This document shows positions 27,738-36,906 of a stretch of DNA of 36,925 nucleotides, piece by piece. The stretch's first letter is position 1. Every line of letters starts with the position of its first letter. Made by a program: the position numbers and the translations under genes. This stretch comes from an uncultured Oscillospiraceae bacterium (lineage in GTDB: Bacteria > Bacillota > Clostridia > Oscillospirales > Oscillospiraceae), in the NCBI GenBank assembly GCA_964471855.1, contig CAYYHY010000001.1, positions 7,783 through 44,707 on the forward strand, in the 5' to 3' direction. Below the pieces are notes generated by a model. The model saw nothing but the letters and a program-made list of their open reading frames with translations, had not been told where the DNA came from and made no database searches.

Positions 27738-28247
27738 TCAGGCGATGACCTGCCTGTTCTTCAGCGCATCCTCCAGGGACAGCTCGCCGCTGGCCAGCAT
27801 CCGGGCATCGTCCCCCAGGAGTTCCATCTCCCGCAGGAAGATCATGAGCGTGGTCTGGAAATGGCTGGCCGGCAGTTCTTCCTCCGGCTCCAGAGCGGTC
27901 ACGTGCTTGATGCAGATGCAGTCCCCCATCACGGACAGCCAGGCCATCATGAACTGCTCGTTGACCGCGTCCACATAGGCGTGCAGGTCCTGGCGCCTCT
28001 CCGGCGCGGGGGCCGTCAGCGGCGAACACAGCTGCAGGAACCCGGTGTTGATGTGGTCGGCGTGGGTCAGCATCACGTTGCAGGCCACCCTCCAGCCGGG
28101 CATTTCGTCTTCAAATCCGATCAGCGCCGTGGGGACACCCTTGCACAGGTCCAGATCCAGTCTCTGGACGGTCATGCCCATCGACTGCACGGCCTCTTCA
28201 ATCTCATCGAACACTTCCATGCTGTACATGACGGAACGCGCGTCCAT
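27738..28247 (-). CDS. Hypothetical acidic protein, possibly YbjN/T3SS-chaperone-like fold
   Basis: 169-aa ORF with GAGGAG RBS and its own terminator. The fold guess rests on size, acidity and helix-strands-helix pattern only. Confidence 0.7.
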   Translation of the reverse strand: MDARSVMYSMEVFDEIEEAVQSMGMTVQRLDLDLCKGVPTALIGFEDEMPGWRVACNVMLTHADHINTGFLQLCSPLTAPAPERRQDLHAYVDAVNEQFMMAWLSVMGDCICIKHVTALEPEEELPASHFQTTLMIFLREMELLGDDARMLASGELSLEDALKNRQVIA

Positions 28248-28564
28248 GATCTCTCTCCTCTCATTATGAAGAACTGCCCTGCGCACCCCGGGGACCGGCC
28301 CGGATGCCGCAGACAGTCCGCATGGCAGCCGTCTCAGGTTCCGTCACAGGAAGACGGCTGCGGAAGCTTCTGCCTCTAATAACCTGTTCACAGCATAGCA
28401 GGCATTTCGGATGCTTTGACGAACTTGTCGCCGCTTTGTTCCCGCATTTCCGGCCCCGATGTACAGTCCGGAGCCGCAGACTCAAGGCGGTATGCGCTCT
28501 TCATCCCTGAGGCGGAATCCCCCGTCTGCTGCACATGTTTCCCGCGGGGATGTTTCAAACGGGA

Positions 28565-28593
28565 ATTATACTGTCCGTTTTCCTGTCATTCAA
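28565..28593 (-). promoter_or_regulatory. Sigma-A promoter about 310 nt upstream of the 28247 start
   Basis: TTGAAT-17 bp-TATAAT on the minus strand. Confidence 0.65.
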
Positions 28594-28894
28594 GTATGTA
28601 ATTCTGCACCCTTTCCACCCGCCCGGATGCAGTCTGGAAGTTTCTGGCATTTCATCCAGCTCTCTCTGCCCCGTACTGCTGTATATTCTGTGAATATTCT
28701 CCGTGAAATACCGGTTCAGCCAGTCCTGTGCCCCTGATTCCAGACAGCCGCCCCTCCCGGCCGTCATCTTGCAGCTGCAGGTTAAGATACTGCTAAGATT
28801 TCAGCCTCAGTTCCTTCCGGGAACCTCTCCCCCGGAATCTGTTCCCGCCGCGCCCCGGTTCCCTTCCGGCACAGGCAATTCAGCCCGTCCGCCC

Positions 28895-28923
28895 TTTACT
28901 TTCCCGGCCGTATCTGCTAAGAT
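28895..28923 (+). promoter_or_regulatory. Sigma-A promoter of ymfF-ymfH-lgt-folD
   Basis: TTTACT-17 bp-TAAGAT with extended TG. Confidence 0.55.
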
Positions 28924-28962
28924 GGGGGCATCTTGCAACGCCTCAGGAAAGGAACTGATTGT

Positions 28963-30249
28963 ATGCCGGACATGGACCGCCGGGAACTGTTTCCCGGCAT
29001 CACCCTGCGCACCATCCACACGGACAGGTTCAAGAGCGCCGTCTTCTCCATCACCATGCTGGTGCCCCTGAAGCGGGAGACCGCAGGCGCCTGCGCCCTG
29101 GTCCCCTCCGTTCTCAGCCGGGGCACCAGGAATCTCCCGGACATGGAGGCCATCTCGGCAGCGCTGGACAGCCTCTACGGAGGCTCCATCGAGCCCACCG
29201 TGCGGAAGAAGGGGGAGGCCCTGTGCACGGGCTTTGTCTGCAGCTTTCTGGATGACGCCTACACCCTCAGCGGGGAGACCATCCTGGAACAGGCCGCCCA
29301 GCTGGCGGGGGAGATGCTTCTGGACCCCCTGACGGAGAACGGGGTCTTCTCTGCGGAGTACACCGAGAGCGAGAAGAACAACCAGCTGGGCCGCATCCGC
29401 GCCCGGGTCAACGACAAGCGCAGCTACGCCAGCCACCGGCTTCTGGAGCTCATGTGCGCAGGCGAGGACTACGGCACGAGCCGGCTGGGGGACGTGGCCA
29501 CGGTCTCCGCCATCACCCCCGCCTCCCTCTGGGAGACGTATCAGCATATGCTGAAGACCGCCGTCTTTGAGATCATCTACTGCGGCTCCGCCGCCCCGGA
29601 CCGGGTCGCCGCCGCCCTGCGGCCGGTGTTCGCCCGCCTCCCTGTAAACCCGGAGCGCACCATGCCCGTCACCCGGGTCACCCCCAGACCCGGCCATGAG
29701 GTCCGGTACATAGAGGAATCCATGGACGTCACCCAGGGCAAGCTGGCCATGGGGTTCCGGACGGACGGCATCACCTGCCTGTCCCCCGAGTACCCGGCCC
29801 TGATCCTCTGCAACGCCGTCTACGGGGGCACCGCCATGAGCCGGCTGTTCATGAACGTCCGGGAGAGGCTGTCCCTGTGCTACTATGCAAGCTCCCGGGT
29901 GCTGCGCAGCAAGGGTCTGATGGCTGTCTCCTCCGGCATCGAGTTTGAGAAGTACGAGGCCGCCCGGAACGAGATCCTGGCCCAGCTGGACGCCGTCCGC
30001 AGAGGGGAGTTCACGGAGGACGAGCTCGCCGGAGCCCGGGCCATCACCATCGGGCACCTGCGTTCCTCCCTGGACGACCAGAACCGCATGGAGGACTACT
30101 GGCTGTCCCAGGCGGCAGCGGGGCTGGAGACAGGTCCCGGGGATCTCATCGCCGCCCTGGAGAAGGTGACGGCGGAGGACGTCGCCGCCGTGGCCCGCAG
30201 GCTGCAGCTGGACACCGTCTACTTCCTGAAGGGAAAGGAGGAAAACTGA
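28963..30249 (+). CDS. ymfF: M16 peptidase family non-catalytic subunit (YmfF-like)
   Basis: HTDRFKS, LDSLYG, QGKLAMG, SRLFMNVRERLSLCYY, LDTVYFL. Lacks HxxEH. Confidence 0.88.
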   Translation: MPDMDRRELFPGITLRTIHTDRFKSAVFSITMLVPLKRETAGACALVPSVLSRGTRNLPDMEAISAALDSLYGGSIEPTVRKKGEALCTGFVCSFLDDAYTLSGETILEQAAQLAGEMLLDPLTENGVFSAEYTESEKNNQLGRIRARVNDKRSYASHRLLELMCAGEDYGTSRLGDVATVSAITPASLWETYQHMLKTAVFEIIYCGSAAPDRVAAALRPVFARLPVNPERTMPVTRVTPRPGHEVRYIEESMDVTQGKLAMGFRTDGITCLSPEYPALILCNAVYGGTAMSRLFMNVRERLSLCYYASSRVLRSKGLMAVSSGIEFEKYEAARNEILAQLDAVRRGEFTEDELAGARAITIGHLRSSLDDQNRMEDYWLSQAAAGLETGPGDLIAALEKVTAEDVAAVARRLQLDTVYFLKGKEEN

Positions 30250-30251
30250 CG

Positions 30252-31520
30252 ATGGAGAAACTCGCATATCCCCAGGTGGGAGAGGTGGTCTGCAGCGAAA
30301 CCCTTCCCAACGGCCTCCACGTCTTCGTGTTCCCCAAGCCCGGATTCCAGAAGGGCTACGCCTTCTTTGCCACCAGCTACGGAGGCATGGACACCCGCTT
30401 CCGCCTGGACGGGGAGCTGCACGAGACTCCGGCCGGGGTGGCCCACTACCTGGAGCACAAGACCTTCGACACAAAGGAGGGCAACGCCCTCCAGGCCCTG
30501 GCCGCCAGCGGCGCCAGCCCCAACGCCTTCACCGGCTCCGACATCACCGGCTACTACTTCGAGTCCACGGAGCGGTTTGAGGAGAACCTGCGCATCCTCC
30601 TCTCCTTTGTATCCGTCCCCTGGTACACCCAGGAGAGCGTGGACAAGGAGCAGGGGATCATCGGCCAGGAGATCCGCATGATGGAGGACGACCCCTCCTA
30701 CAGGGTCTACATGAACCTGGTCCAGGGTCTCTTCGACCACCACCCCGCACGGGACAGCGTGGCCGGCACCGTGGAGTCCATCTCCCATATAACGGCCCAG
30801 ACCCTCTATGACTGCCACAGGGCCTTCTACACCCCCGCCAACATGGTGCTCTGCGTGGCGGCGGACGTGGACCCGGAGCACATCTTCCAGATCGCCCGGG
30901 AGATCCTGCCCCCTGAGTCCGGACCCGTGGCAGAGAAGGACTACGGTCCCCCGGAGCCCCCTGCGGCCTCCCGGCATCTGCTGGAGGAGCACATGGCGGT
31001 CTCCCGCCCCATGTTCATGGCCGGCTTCAAGGGGGACGACCCGGGCACCGGCAGGGGGAACCTGCGGACGGCCCTGGTGGCCGACCTGGCCCTGGAGGCC
31101 CTGCTGGGAAACTCCACCCCCCTGTACGCCCGGCTCTACCGGGAGGGCCTCATTGACCAGGACTTCAGCTATGAATACGAGTCCACCCGGGGCTGCTCCT
31201 TCCTGGTCGCCGCCGGGGAGGGACCGGACCCCGCGGCTGTCCGGGACGCCATTCTGGCGGAAGCCCGGCGCATCGCGGCAGAGGGGATCGACGAGGCCCT
31301 GTGGCAGCGGCTTCTGAAGGGGGTCTACGGCAGCAGAGTGCAGTCCCTCAACTCCTTCGAGGCCCTCTGCGTGGGTCAGGCCCGCACCTTCTTCGAAGGC
31401 TACAGCATGCTGGACTTCGCAGAGCTCTTCCATGAACTCCGGAAGGAGGAGGCAGAGGACCTCATCGCCAGATGGGTCACAGAGGAGCGCTCCGTCCTCT
31501 CTGTCATCTGGCCGGTTTAG
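30252..31520 (+). CDS. ymfH: M16 (pitrilysin) family zinc peptidase (YmfH-like)
   Basis: GVAHYLEHK (HxxEH), NAFT, KEQGIIGQEI, FYTPANM. Confidence 0.9.
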   Translation: MEKLAYPQVGEVVCSETLPNGLHVFVFPKPGFQKGYAFFATSYGGMDTRFRLDGELHETPAGVAHYLEHKTFDTKEGNALQALAASGASPNAFTGSDITGYYFESTERFEENLRILLSFVSVPWYTQESVDKEQGIIGQEIRMMEDDPSYRVYMNLVQGLFDHHPARDSVAGTVESISHITAQTLYDCHRAFYTPANMVLCVAADVDPEHIFQIAREILPPESGPVAEKDYGPPEPPAASRHLLEEHMAVSRPMFMAGFKGDDPGTGRGNLRTALVADLALEALLGNSTPLYARLYREGLIDQDFSYEYESTRGCSFLVAAGEGPDPAAVRDAILAEARRIAAEGIDEALWQRLLKGVYGSRVQSLNSFEALCVGQARTFFEGYSMLDFAELFHELRKEEAEDLIARWVTEERSVLSVIWPV

Positions 31521-31532
31521 GGGTGGTCCGCC

Positions 31533-32600
31533 ATGGCTGCTGAAACCTCTGACCTGATACACGCCGTCACCTTCCCCGGTCTGGGACTCAGCTTCTCCCT
31601 GAACCGGGTCGCATTCAGTCTCTTTGGAATCCCCATCTACTGGTACGGGGTGATCATCGTCTCCGGCATCCTGCTGGCATCGCTCTTCTGCTGCCGGGTG
31701 TCGAAGCGCTTCGGCATCACCTCGGACCAGGTCGTCGACCTGATGCTGTGGGCCGTGCCCCCCGCTATCGTCTGCCTGCGGGCCTACTATGTCATCTTCA
31801 ACCTGGAGGCATACCGGAACGCGGACGGCTCCCTGAACTGGGCCCAGATCATCAACATCCGGGACGGGGGACTGGCCATCTACGGCGCCATCATCTCCTC
31901 CGCCATTGTGCTGTTCCTCTTCTGCCGGTACAGGAAGATCAGCTTCTTCGCCTTCGCCGACGTGGGGGTTCACGGCCTCTTCCTGGGTCAGTCCATCGGC
32001 CGCTGGGGCAACTTCATGAACGTGGAGGCCTTCGGCTCCGTCACAGATGTCCCCTGGCGCATGTGCGGACCCTCCATTGCCTCCTGGCTCTCCAGCCGGG
32101 GGCTGGTGGACCGGGCCGGCTACGACGCCATCCTGGCCGGCACGCTGGGGGTGCACCCCACCTTCTTCTACGAGTCCGCCTGGAACCTCACCGGCTTTCT
32201 GCTGGTGTGGCTTCTGGGGCGGAAGCGGAAATTCGACGGCCAGTGCTTCCTGTTCTACCTCTTCTGGTACGGACTGGGGCGGACCTGGATCGAGGGTCTG
32301 CGCACGGACAGCCTCTACCTCTTTGGTCTGGAGCTGTTTGGATACCCGGTGCGGGTGTCCCAGCTGATCTCCGCCGTCGCCTGCATCACGGCGGGGGTCC
32401 TCCTGGTGGTCCTCACCCTCAGATTTTCAAAAAAGCCCCCTGTCCTCTATGTGGAGACAGTGGAGCTTCAGAAGAAGGCCGCACAGGCCCTCTCCGCCTC
32501 CCAGGAGGCGGAGGGAATCCCGGCGCAGCCCGCGGATACGGAATCAGATGCAGATACTGGCAGTGATGATGCAGACAGCTCCGGAGGGGAGGACGAGTAA
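31533..32600 (+). CDS. lgt: Prolipoprotein diacylglyceryl transferase
   Basis: IYWYG, GGLAIYG, QSIGRWGNFMNVEAFG, HPTFFYES, RTWIEGLRTD; acidic C-terminal tail. Confidence 0.96.
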   Translation: MAAETSDLIHAVTFPGLGLSFSLNRVAFSLFGIPIYWYGVIIVSGILLASLFCCRVSKRFGITSDQVVDLMLWAVPPAIVCLRAYYVIFNLEAYRNADGSLNWAQIINIRDGGLAIYGAIISSAIVLFLFCRYRKISFFAFADVGVHGLFLGQSIGRWGNFMNVEAFGSVTDVPWRMCGPSIASWLSSRGLVDRAGYDAILAGTLGVHPTFFYESAWNLTGFLLVWLLGRKRKFDGQCFLFYLFWYGLGRTWIEGLRTDSLYLFGLELFGYPVRVSQLISAVACITAGVLLVVLTLRFSKKPPVLYVETVELQKKAAQALSASQEAEGIPAQPADTESDADTGSDDADSSGGEDE

Positions 32601-33445
32601 TGTCAGCCGTTATTATGGATGGAAAGGCCCTGGCGTCAAAGATCAAGTCTGAGGTCCGCAGCCAGGTGGACGCCATGTCTGTCAAACCCGGGCTGGCTGT
32701 GATTCTGGCCGGGGACAACCCCGCCAGCAGGGTCTATGTGAGAGGGAAGGCGGCGGACTGCGCCGAGTGCGGCATATACAGCGAGGTCTACACCCTGCCG
32801 GAGGAGACGGAGCAGAACATGCTCCTGGACCTGATCGGGGAGCTGAACACCCGCTCGGACATCGACGGCATCCTGGTGCAGCTGCCCCTGCCGGCCCAGC
32901 TGGACAGCCAGGCCGCCCTGCTGGCCATCCGCACGGACAAGGACGTGGACTGCTTCCACCCCTACAACGCCGGGCGGCTCATGACCGGGGATCCCTTCTT
33001 CCTCCCCTGCACCCCCGCGGGCATCATGCGCATGCTCTCGGAGTACAGTATTGACCCTGCGGGGCAGAACTGCGTCATCGTCGGCCGCTCCAATATCGTG
33101 GGCAAGCCCCTGGCCATGCTCATGCTCCAGAAGCACGCCACCGTCACCGTCTGCCACACCCGCACCCGGGACCTGAAGGCGGCCTGCCTCCAGGCCGACA
33201 TCCTGGTCTCCGCCGCCGGCAGGAGAAACCTGATCACGGCAGACATGATTAAAGAGGGAGCCGCCGTCATCGACGTGTCCATGAACCGGAATGAACAGGG
33301 GAAGCTCTGCGGAGACGTGGACTTTGCCCCGGCCGCTGAGAAGGCGGCATTCATCACCCCCGTCCCCGGGGGCGTGGGCCCCATGACCCGGGCCATGCTC
33401 ATGGAGAACACCCTCACCGCCGCCCGGGGTCACGGCAAGGCATGA
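32600..33445 (+). CDS. folD: Methylenetetrahydrofolate dehydrogenase/cyclohydrolase
   Basis: GILVQLPLP, KDVDCFHP, PCTPAG, GRSNIVGKP, TPVPGGVGPMT. Confidence 0.97.
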   Translation: MSAVIMDGKALASKIKSEVRSQVDAMSVKPGLAVILAGDNPASRVYVRGKAADCAECGIYSEVYTLPEETEQNMLLDLIGELNTRSDIDGILVQLPLPAQLDSQAALLAIRTDKDVDCFHPYNAGRLMTGDPFFLPCTPAGIMRMLSEYSIDPAGQNCVIVGRSNIVGKPLAMLMLQKHATVTVCHTRTRDLKAACLQADILVSAAGRRNLITADMIKEGAAVIDVSMNRNEQGKLCGDVDFAPAAEKAAFITPVPGGVGPMTRAMLMENTLTAARGHGKA

Positions 33446-33472
33446 GTCTTTTCCCCCTTAAACAATATGAAA

Positions 33473-33511
33473 CAGCGCCCGGACCTTTTTGGATTCCGGG
33501 CGCTGCTGTTT
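33473..33511. terminator. Bidirectional terminator between folD and rpiB
   Basis: CAGCGCCCGGA...TCCGGGCGCTG flanked by A- and T-rich tracts. Confidence 0.75.
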
Positions 33512-33536
33512 CTTATTTCTGCCGGTACAGCGGTCT

Positions 33537-34007
33537 TCACTCCGTCTCCTGCACCGTGCGGCCGTAGTCTTTCTCTGTCTGGGTTATGAGGTCCACCCGG
33601 CGGGCATGCCGGCCCCCCAGGAAACTGGCGTCCAGGAAGGCGTCGCAGATCATCTTGCCCAGCTCGTCCCCCACAACCCTGGCTCCCATGGCCAGGATCT
33701 GGCAGTTGTTGTGCTCCACGATCATTCTGGCTGTATAGGGCTCGCTGCAGGTGCCGGCCCGGATGCCGGGCACTTTGTTGGCAGCCAGGGAGATGCCCAC
33801 CCCTGTGCCGCACACAAGGATGCCTCTGTCGATCTCCCCCCGCACCACGGCCTCCGCCACCGCGCGGCCCTTGACGGGGTAGTCCACCTTCTCCTGGGGG
33901 CTGTACGCGCCGTAGTCCACGGTCTCGAAGCCCCGCTCCTTCACATGCTCCATGAGGCAGTTTTTCAGCTCCACCCCCGCATGGTCAGATCCAAACCCGA
34001 TTTTCAC
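33537..34007 (-). CDS. rpiB: Ribose 5-phosphate isomerase B
   Basis: GSDHAG, DYP, CGTGVGISLAANKVPGIRA, HNN, GGRHARRV. GTG 34007 has a GAGGAG RBS. Confidence 0.96.
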   Translation of the reverse strand: MKIGFGSDHAGVELKNCLMEHVKERGFETVDYGAYSPQEKVDYPVKGRAVAEAVVRGEIDRGILVCGTGVGISLAANKVPGIRAGTCSEPYTARMIVEHNNCQILAMGARVVGDELGKMICDAFLDASFLGGRHARRVDLITQTEKDYGRTVQETE

Positions 34008-34026
34008 AGCAAAGGCTCCTCTCCGG

Positions 34027-34674
34027 TCAGATGGTTCTGAGGGTCTCCACGGCCGCCGCCCGGTCCGTCCCGCCGAATATGGCGCTGCCGGCCACCAGGA
34101 CATTGGCCCCCGCATCCTTGATGCGCCGTGCGTTGTCAATCCGCACGCCGCCGTCCACTTCCAGGTCGCAGTCCGGGTTGAGCCGGTCCAGAAGGGCCCG
34201 CACCCGCCGCACCGTCTGCAGCTGGTACTCCAGCAGCGGCTGTCCGCCGTAGCCCGGCTCCACCGTCATTACCAGCACCATGTCCAGCTGCTCAATGTAG
34301 GGCTCGATGGCCCGGGTTGCAGTATTCGGACGCAGAGCCACGGCCTTCTTGACCCCGTACTGCTCCATCTCCCGCAGGGCCTCGGCGATCCTCCGGGGGT
34401 GGTCCGACTCCACGTGGACCGAGATCATGTCCGCACCGGCCTCTGCAAAGGACTCGATGAGCCGGGCCGGGAAGTGGGTCATGAGATGCACGTCCAGCTC
34501 CAGGTCCGTCACGCGCCGCACCGCCTGCAGCACCGGGATTCCGTAGGTTATATCCGGAACAAAGCTTCCGTCCATCACATCGAAGTGGATCATGTCGGCG
34601 TTGGACACGCTGCGGATCTCATCTCCCAGCCGGGTGAAGTCGGCCGCCAGAATGGACGGGGCAATCTTGATCAA
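34027..34674 (-). CDS. rpe: Ribulose-phosphate 3-epimerase
   Basis: IAPSILAADF, HFDVMDG, DVHLM, VMTVEPGYGGQ, EVDGG, VAGSAIF. TTG 34674 has a GGAGG RBS. Confidence 0.96.
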   Translation of the reverse strand: MIKIAPSILAADFTRLGDEIRSVSNADMIHFDVMDGSFVPDITYGIPVLQAVRRVTDLELDVHLMTHFPARLIESFAEAGADMISVHVESDHPRRIAEALREMEQYGVKKAVALRPNTATRAIEPYIEQLDMVLVMTVEPGYGGQPLLEYQLQTVRRVRALLDRLNPDCDLEVDGGVRIDNARRIKDAGANVLVAGSAIFGGTDRAAAVETLRTI

Positions 34675-34741
34675 AGCTATCTCCTCCCCTGCTGCGGGTC
34701 TTCCAGCACCTGGCAGACTCCGCAGGCAGATTTGCCCCCCT

Positions 34742-34770
34742 ATAATACAGGAGAGGCAGGGAAAGTGCAA
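34742..34770 (-). promoter_or_regulatory. Sigma-A promoter of rpe-rpiB
   Basis: TTGCAC-17 bp-TATTAT on the minus strand. Confidence 0.65.
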
Positions 34771-34873
34771 GGAATTTCCATTCTCTGCAGGGTGCCGAGG
34801 CTGGCTGACCCCTGGGGCTGACTGCTCAGGGTTCCCATGGGAACCGGCCGGAGCCTGTCTGCCCGTACCCCGC

Positions 34874-35377
34874 TCAGGACAGGGGCAGTTCCTCCAGCAC
34901 CGCCTCATCCGGTGCCAGAATCTGATGGCTGCGGTAGGCAGAGGGCAGACCGGAGGCGCTGATCTCCACCGAGGTCACACCCTCCAGCTGGCCCAGGGTC
35001 AGCACAATGGAGTAGTCCGCCAGGGTCAGCGCCACGTCCGTCAGCCCCCCGTACTGCTCGGTCAGCTGAATTTTCAGGCATCCCGGGTCACCGGGGTCCG
35101 GACTGCAGCTGACCAGGGCCGTGCCCCGGGGGAAGGGGCTTGCGTGCTCATCCTGGTAGGGACCGTTCAGCAGAGCCTGGAGCACCGACTCCGGTGTCAC
35201 CTCCGAACTCCCCGGATCCCAGAACTCCTGGACCAGGGCGGGTCCTCCGTCCTCCCCGGACAGGTAGTAGAGACCCACGGACCCCGCCGGCACAGGCTCC
35301 GCCTCCTCGCAGGAGGGCAGAAGGAGCAGGGAAAGAAGAAGACAGGTCAGCAGCAGGGCTGCAGGGTTCTTTCTCAC
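34874..35377 (-). CDS. GerMN-domain lipoprotein
   Basis: Signal peptide ending LLPS-C; ALLNGP...SPFPRGT, SIVLTLGQLEGVTSVEI. GTGA overlap with the kinase gene. Confidence 0.8.
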   Translation of the reverse strand: MRKNPAALLLTCLLLSLLLLPSCEEAEPVPAGSVGLYYLSGEDGGPALVQEFWDPGSSEVTPESVLQALLNGPYQDEHASPFPRGTALVSCSPDPGDPGCLKIQLTEQYGGLTDVALTLADYSIVLTLGQLEGVTSVEISASGLPSAYRSHQILAPDEAVLEELPLS

Positions 35378-36906
35378 GGATCCTCCTCCTCTTCTCCGGG
35401 GTTCTCCTCCGGTACAAAGACCGGGAAGCCTGCGCTGAAGACTGTGCCCGCTGGATTCCCGTGCCGGGCCGTCACCCAGCCCCCATGGCGGCGGCAGGTA
35501 TCCCGCACTATGGAGAGGCCCAGCCCGGTGCCCCCTGCGGCCCGGGACCTGGCCTTGTCCACCCGGTAGAAGCGGTTGAACACCTTGGGCAGGTCCTCGT
35601 CTGGTATGCCCACCCCGGTGTCGGCCACATCCAGAATCACCTCGTCCCCCTCCCGGCAGACCGAGATCCGGACGGAGCCCCCGGGCACGTTGTACTTGAT
35701 GGCATTTTCTATCAGGTTGAAGCAGATCTGGTAGAGGTCGTCCTCCGTGCAGCGGATGAGCTCCCCCTCCCGGCCCTCCAGATGCAGCGTAACCCCGGCC
35801 CCGTCTGCCACGGGGGCCAGCATGTCCACTGCCCTGGCGGCCACCGCCTTCACATCCACAGGGAAGGTCTCCCCGGCGGGGAGGCTGTCCAGCCGGGTCA
35901 GGGCCAGCAGGTGCTCCGTAATGCGGGTCAGGCGCCCCGCCTCGCTGGAGATGTCGGATACGAACTCCCGCACAACCTCTTCGTCCATGCCGTCGCTCTG
36001 GAGGATGGAGTCTGCCAGCAGCTGGATGGAGGCCAGAGGGGTCTTCAGCTCGTGGCTGGCGTCCGCCACAAAGCGGCGCCGCACCTCCTCCGTGGTCTGC
36101 AGCCGGTCGGTGAGGGCATTGAACTCCTCGGCCAGCTGGGTCAGCTCATCATGGCCGTCCGTATTGAGGCGGTGCCCGTACTCCCCTTCCCCCACAACCC
36201 GGATGGCTGACAGCAGGGCCTTGATCCGGGCGGTCAGCAGGCGGGAGAAGAGGGAGGATACCACCACTACCACAACGGCGATCACAATGGATATGTTCCG
36301 CAGGTTCTCCTGCAGGCTCAGCAGCAGCTGCCCCTGGGCCTCGTCCACCTCCAGCAGGTAGATGCAGCCGATGATCATGCCCCGGTAGACGATGGGCATG
36401 GAGGCGATGGAGGTGAAGGCCCGGTTCTCCGCGGAGAAGCTGGAGAGAAACACGTCCTTCCCCCGCAGGGCCTGGACCACCTCCTGGTAGAGGGCGTAGC
36501 GGTAGAGGGGCTTCTCCCTCTCCCCGGTTTCCGCCTCCGCCGCAGGCGGGGCTTCGCCGGTCTCCGCTGTGCTGTCCTCCCGCTCCAGGGAGTCAAAGAG
36601 GACAAGCCCTGCGGGGTCTGTCACAAGGACCCGGTCCATGCCGGCAGTGTCCAGGAAGTTCATGACCCTGCCCACCTGCTCCGCTGTCAGGCTCTCCAGT
36701 TCCATGAGGGCGGAGGCCATGACCGACGCCTGGCCCTTCAGAGCGTCCCGCTTGGAGGCAAAGAGCAGGTCCTGGGATGCCCGGATGGGGTAGGTGTTCA
36801 GCAGGACAAGGACAATGATGAATATCACCAGATAGCTGGCTGCATACTTCATCTGCAGGGAAAACCAGATGCGCCCCTTCTTCTCCGGCTTCGAACTGCT
36901 CTCCAC
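35374..36906 (-). CDS. Membrane sensor histidine kinase (HAMP-HisKA-HATPase_c)
   Basis: Two TMs, HAMP (DELTQLAEEFN), H-box FVADASHELKTPL, NLIENAIKY, DTGVGI, FYRVDKARSR, GTGLGL. Confidence 0.96.
   Translation of the reverse strand: MESSSKPEKKGRIWFSLQMKYAASYLVIFIIVLVLLNTYPIRASQDLLFASKRDALKGQASVMASALMELESLTAEQVGRVMNFLDTAGMDRVLVTDPAGLVLFDSLEREDSTAETGEAPPAAEAETGEREKPLYRYALYQEVVQALRGKDVFLSSFSAENRAFTSIASMPIVYRGMIIGCIYLLEVDEAQGQLLLSLQENLRNISIVIAVVVVVVSSLFSRLLTARIKALLSAIRVVGEGEYGHRLNTDGHDELTQLAEEFNALTDRLQTTEEVRRRFVADASHELKTPLASIQLLADSILQSDGMDEEVVREFVSDISSEAGRLTRITEHLLALTRLDSLPAGETFPVDVKAVAARAVDMLAPVADGAGVTLHLEGREGELIRCTEDDLYQICFNLIENAIKYNVPGGSVRISVCREGDEVILDVADTGVGIPDEDLPKVFNRFYRVDKARSRAAGGTGLGLSIVRDTCRRHGGWVTARHGNPAGTVFSAGFPVFVPEENPGEEEEDP

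Noticed and set aside
28325-28361. Hairpin with CAGG...GGAA near ffh, resembling SRP RNA helix 8
   Set aside because: It lacks the GNRA tetraloop and the AGCAG strand of the conserved SRP internal loop.
28417-28432. Spo0A-box-like TGACGAA with an adjacent TGTCGCC
   Set aside because: A single 7-mer is expected by chance, and there is no supporting sporulation context.
28264-28767. Short ORFs in the large intergenic region
   Set aside because: They have no clear RBS, overlap one another on both strands and have no protein-like features. A small peptide cannot be fully excluded.
28963-31520. ymfF/ymfH pair as a novel system or as partner of the adenylation module
   Set aside because: This is a widely conserved Firmicute M16 peptidase pair, about 10 kb away in another operon, with no sequence evidence of a link.
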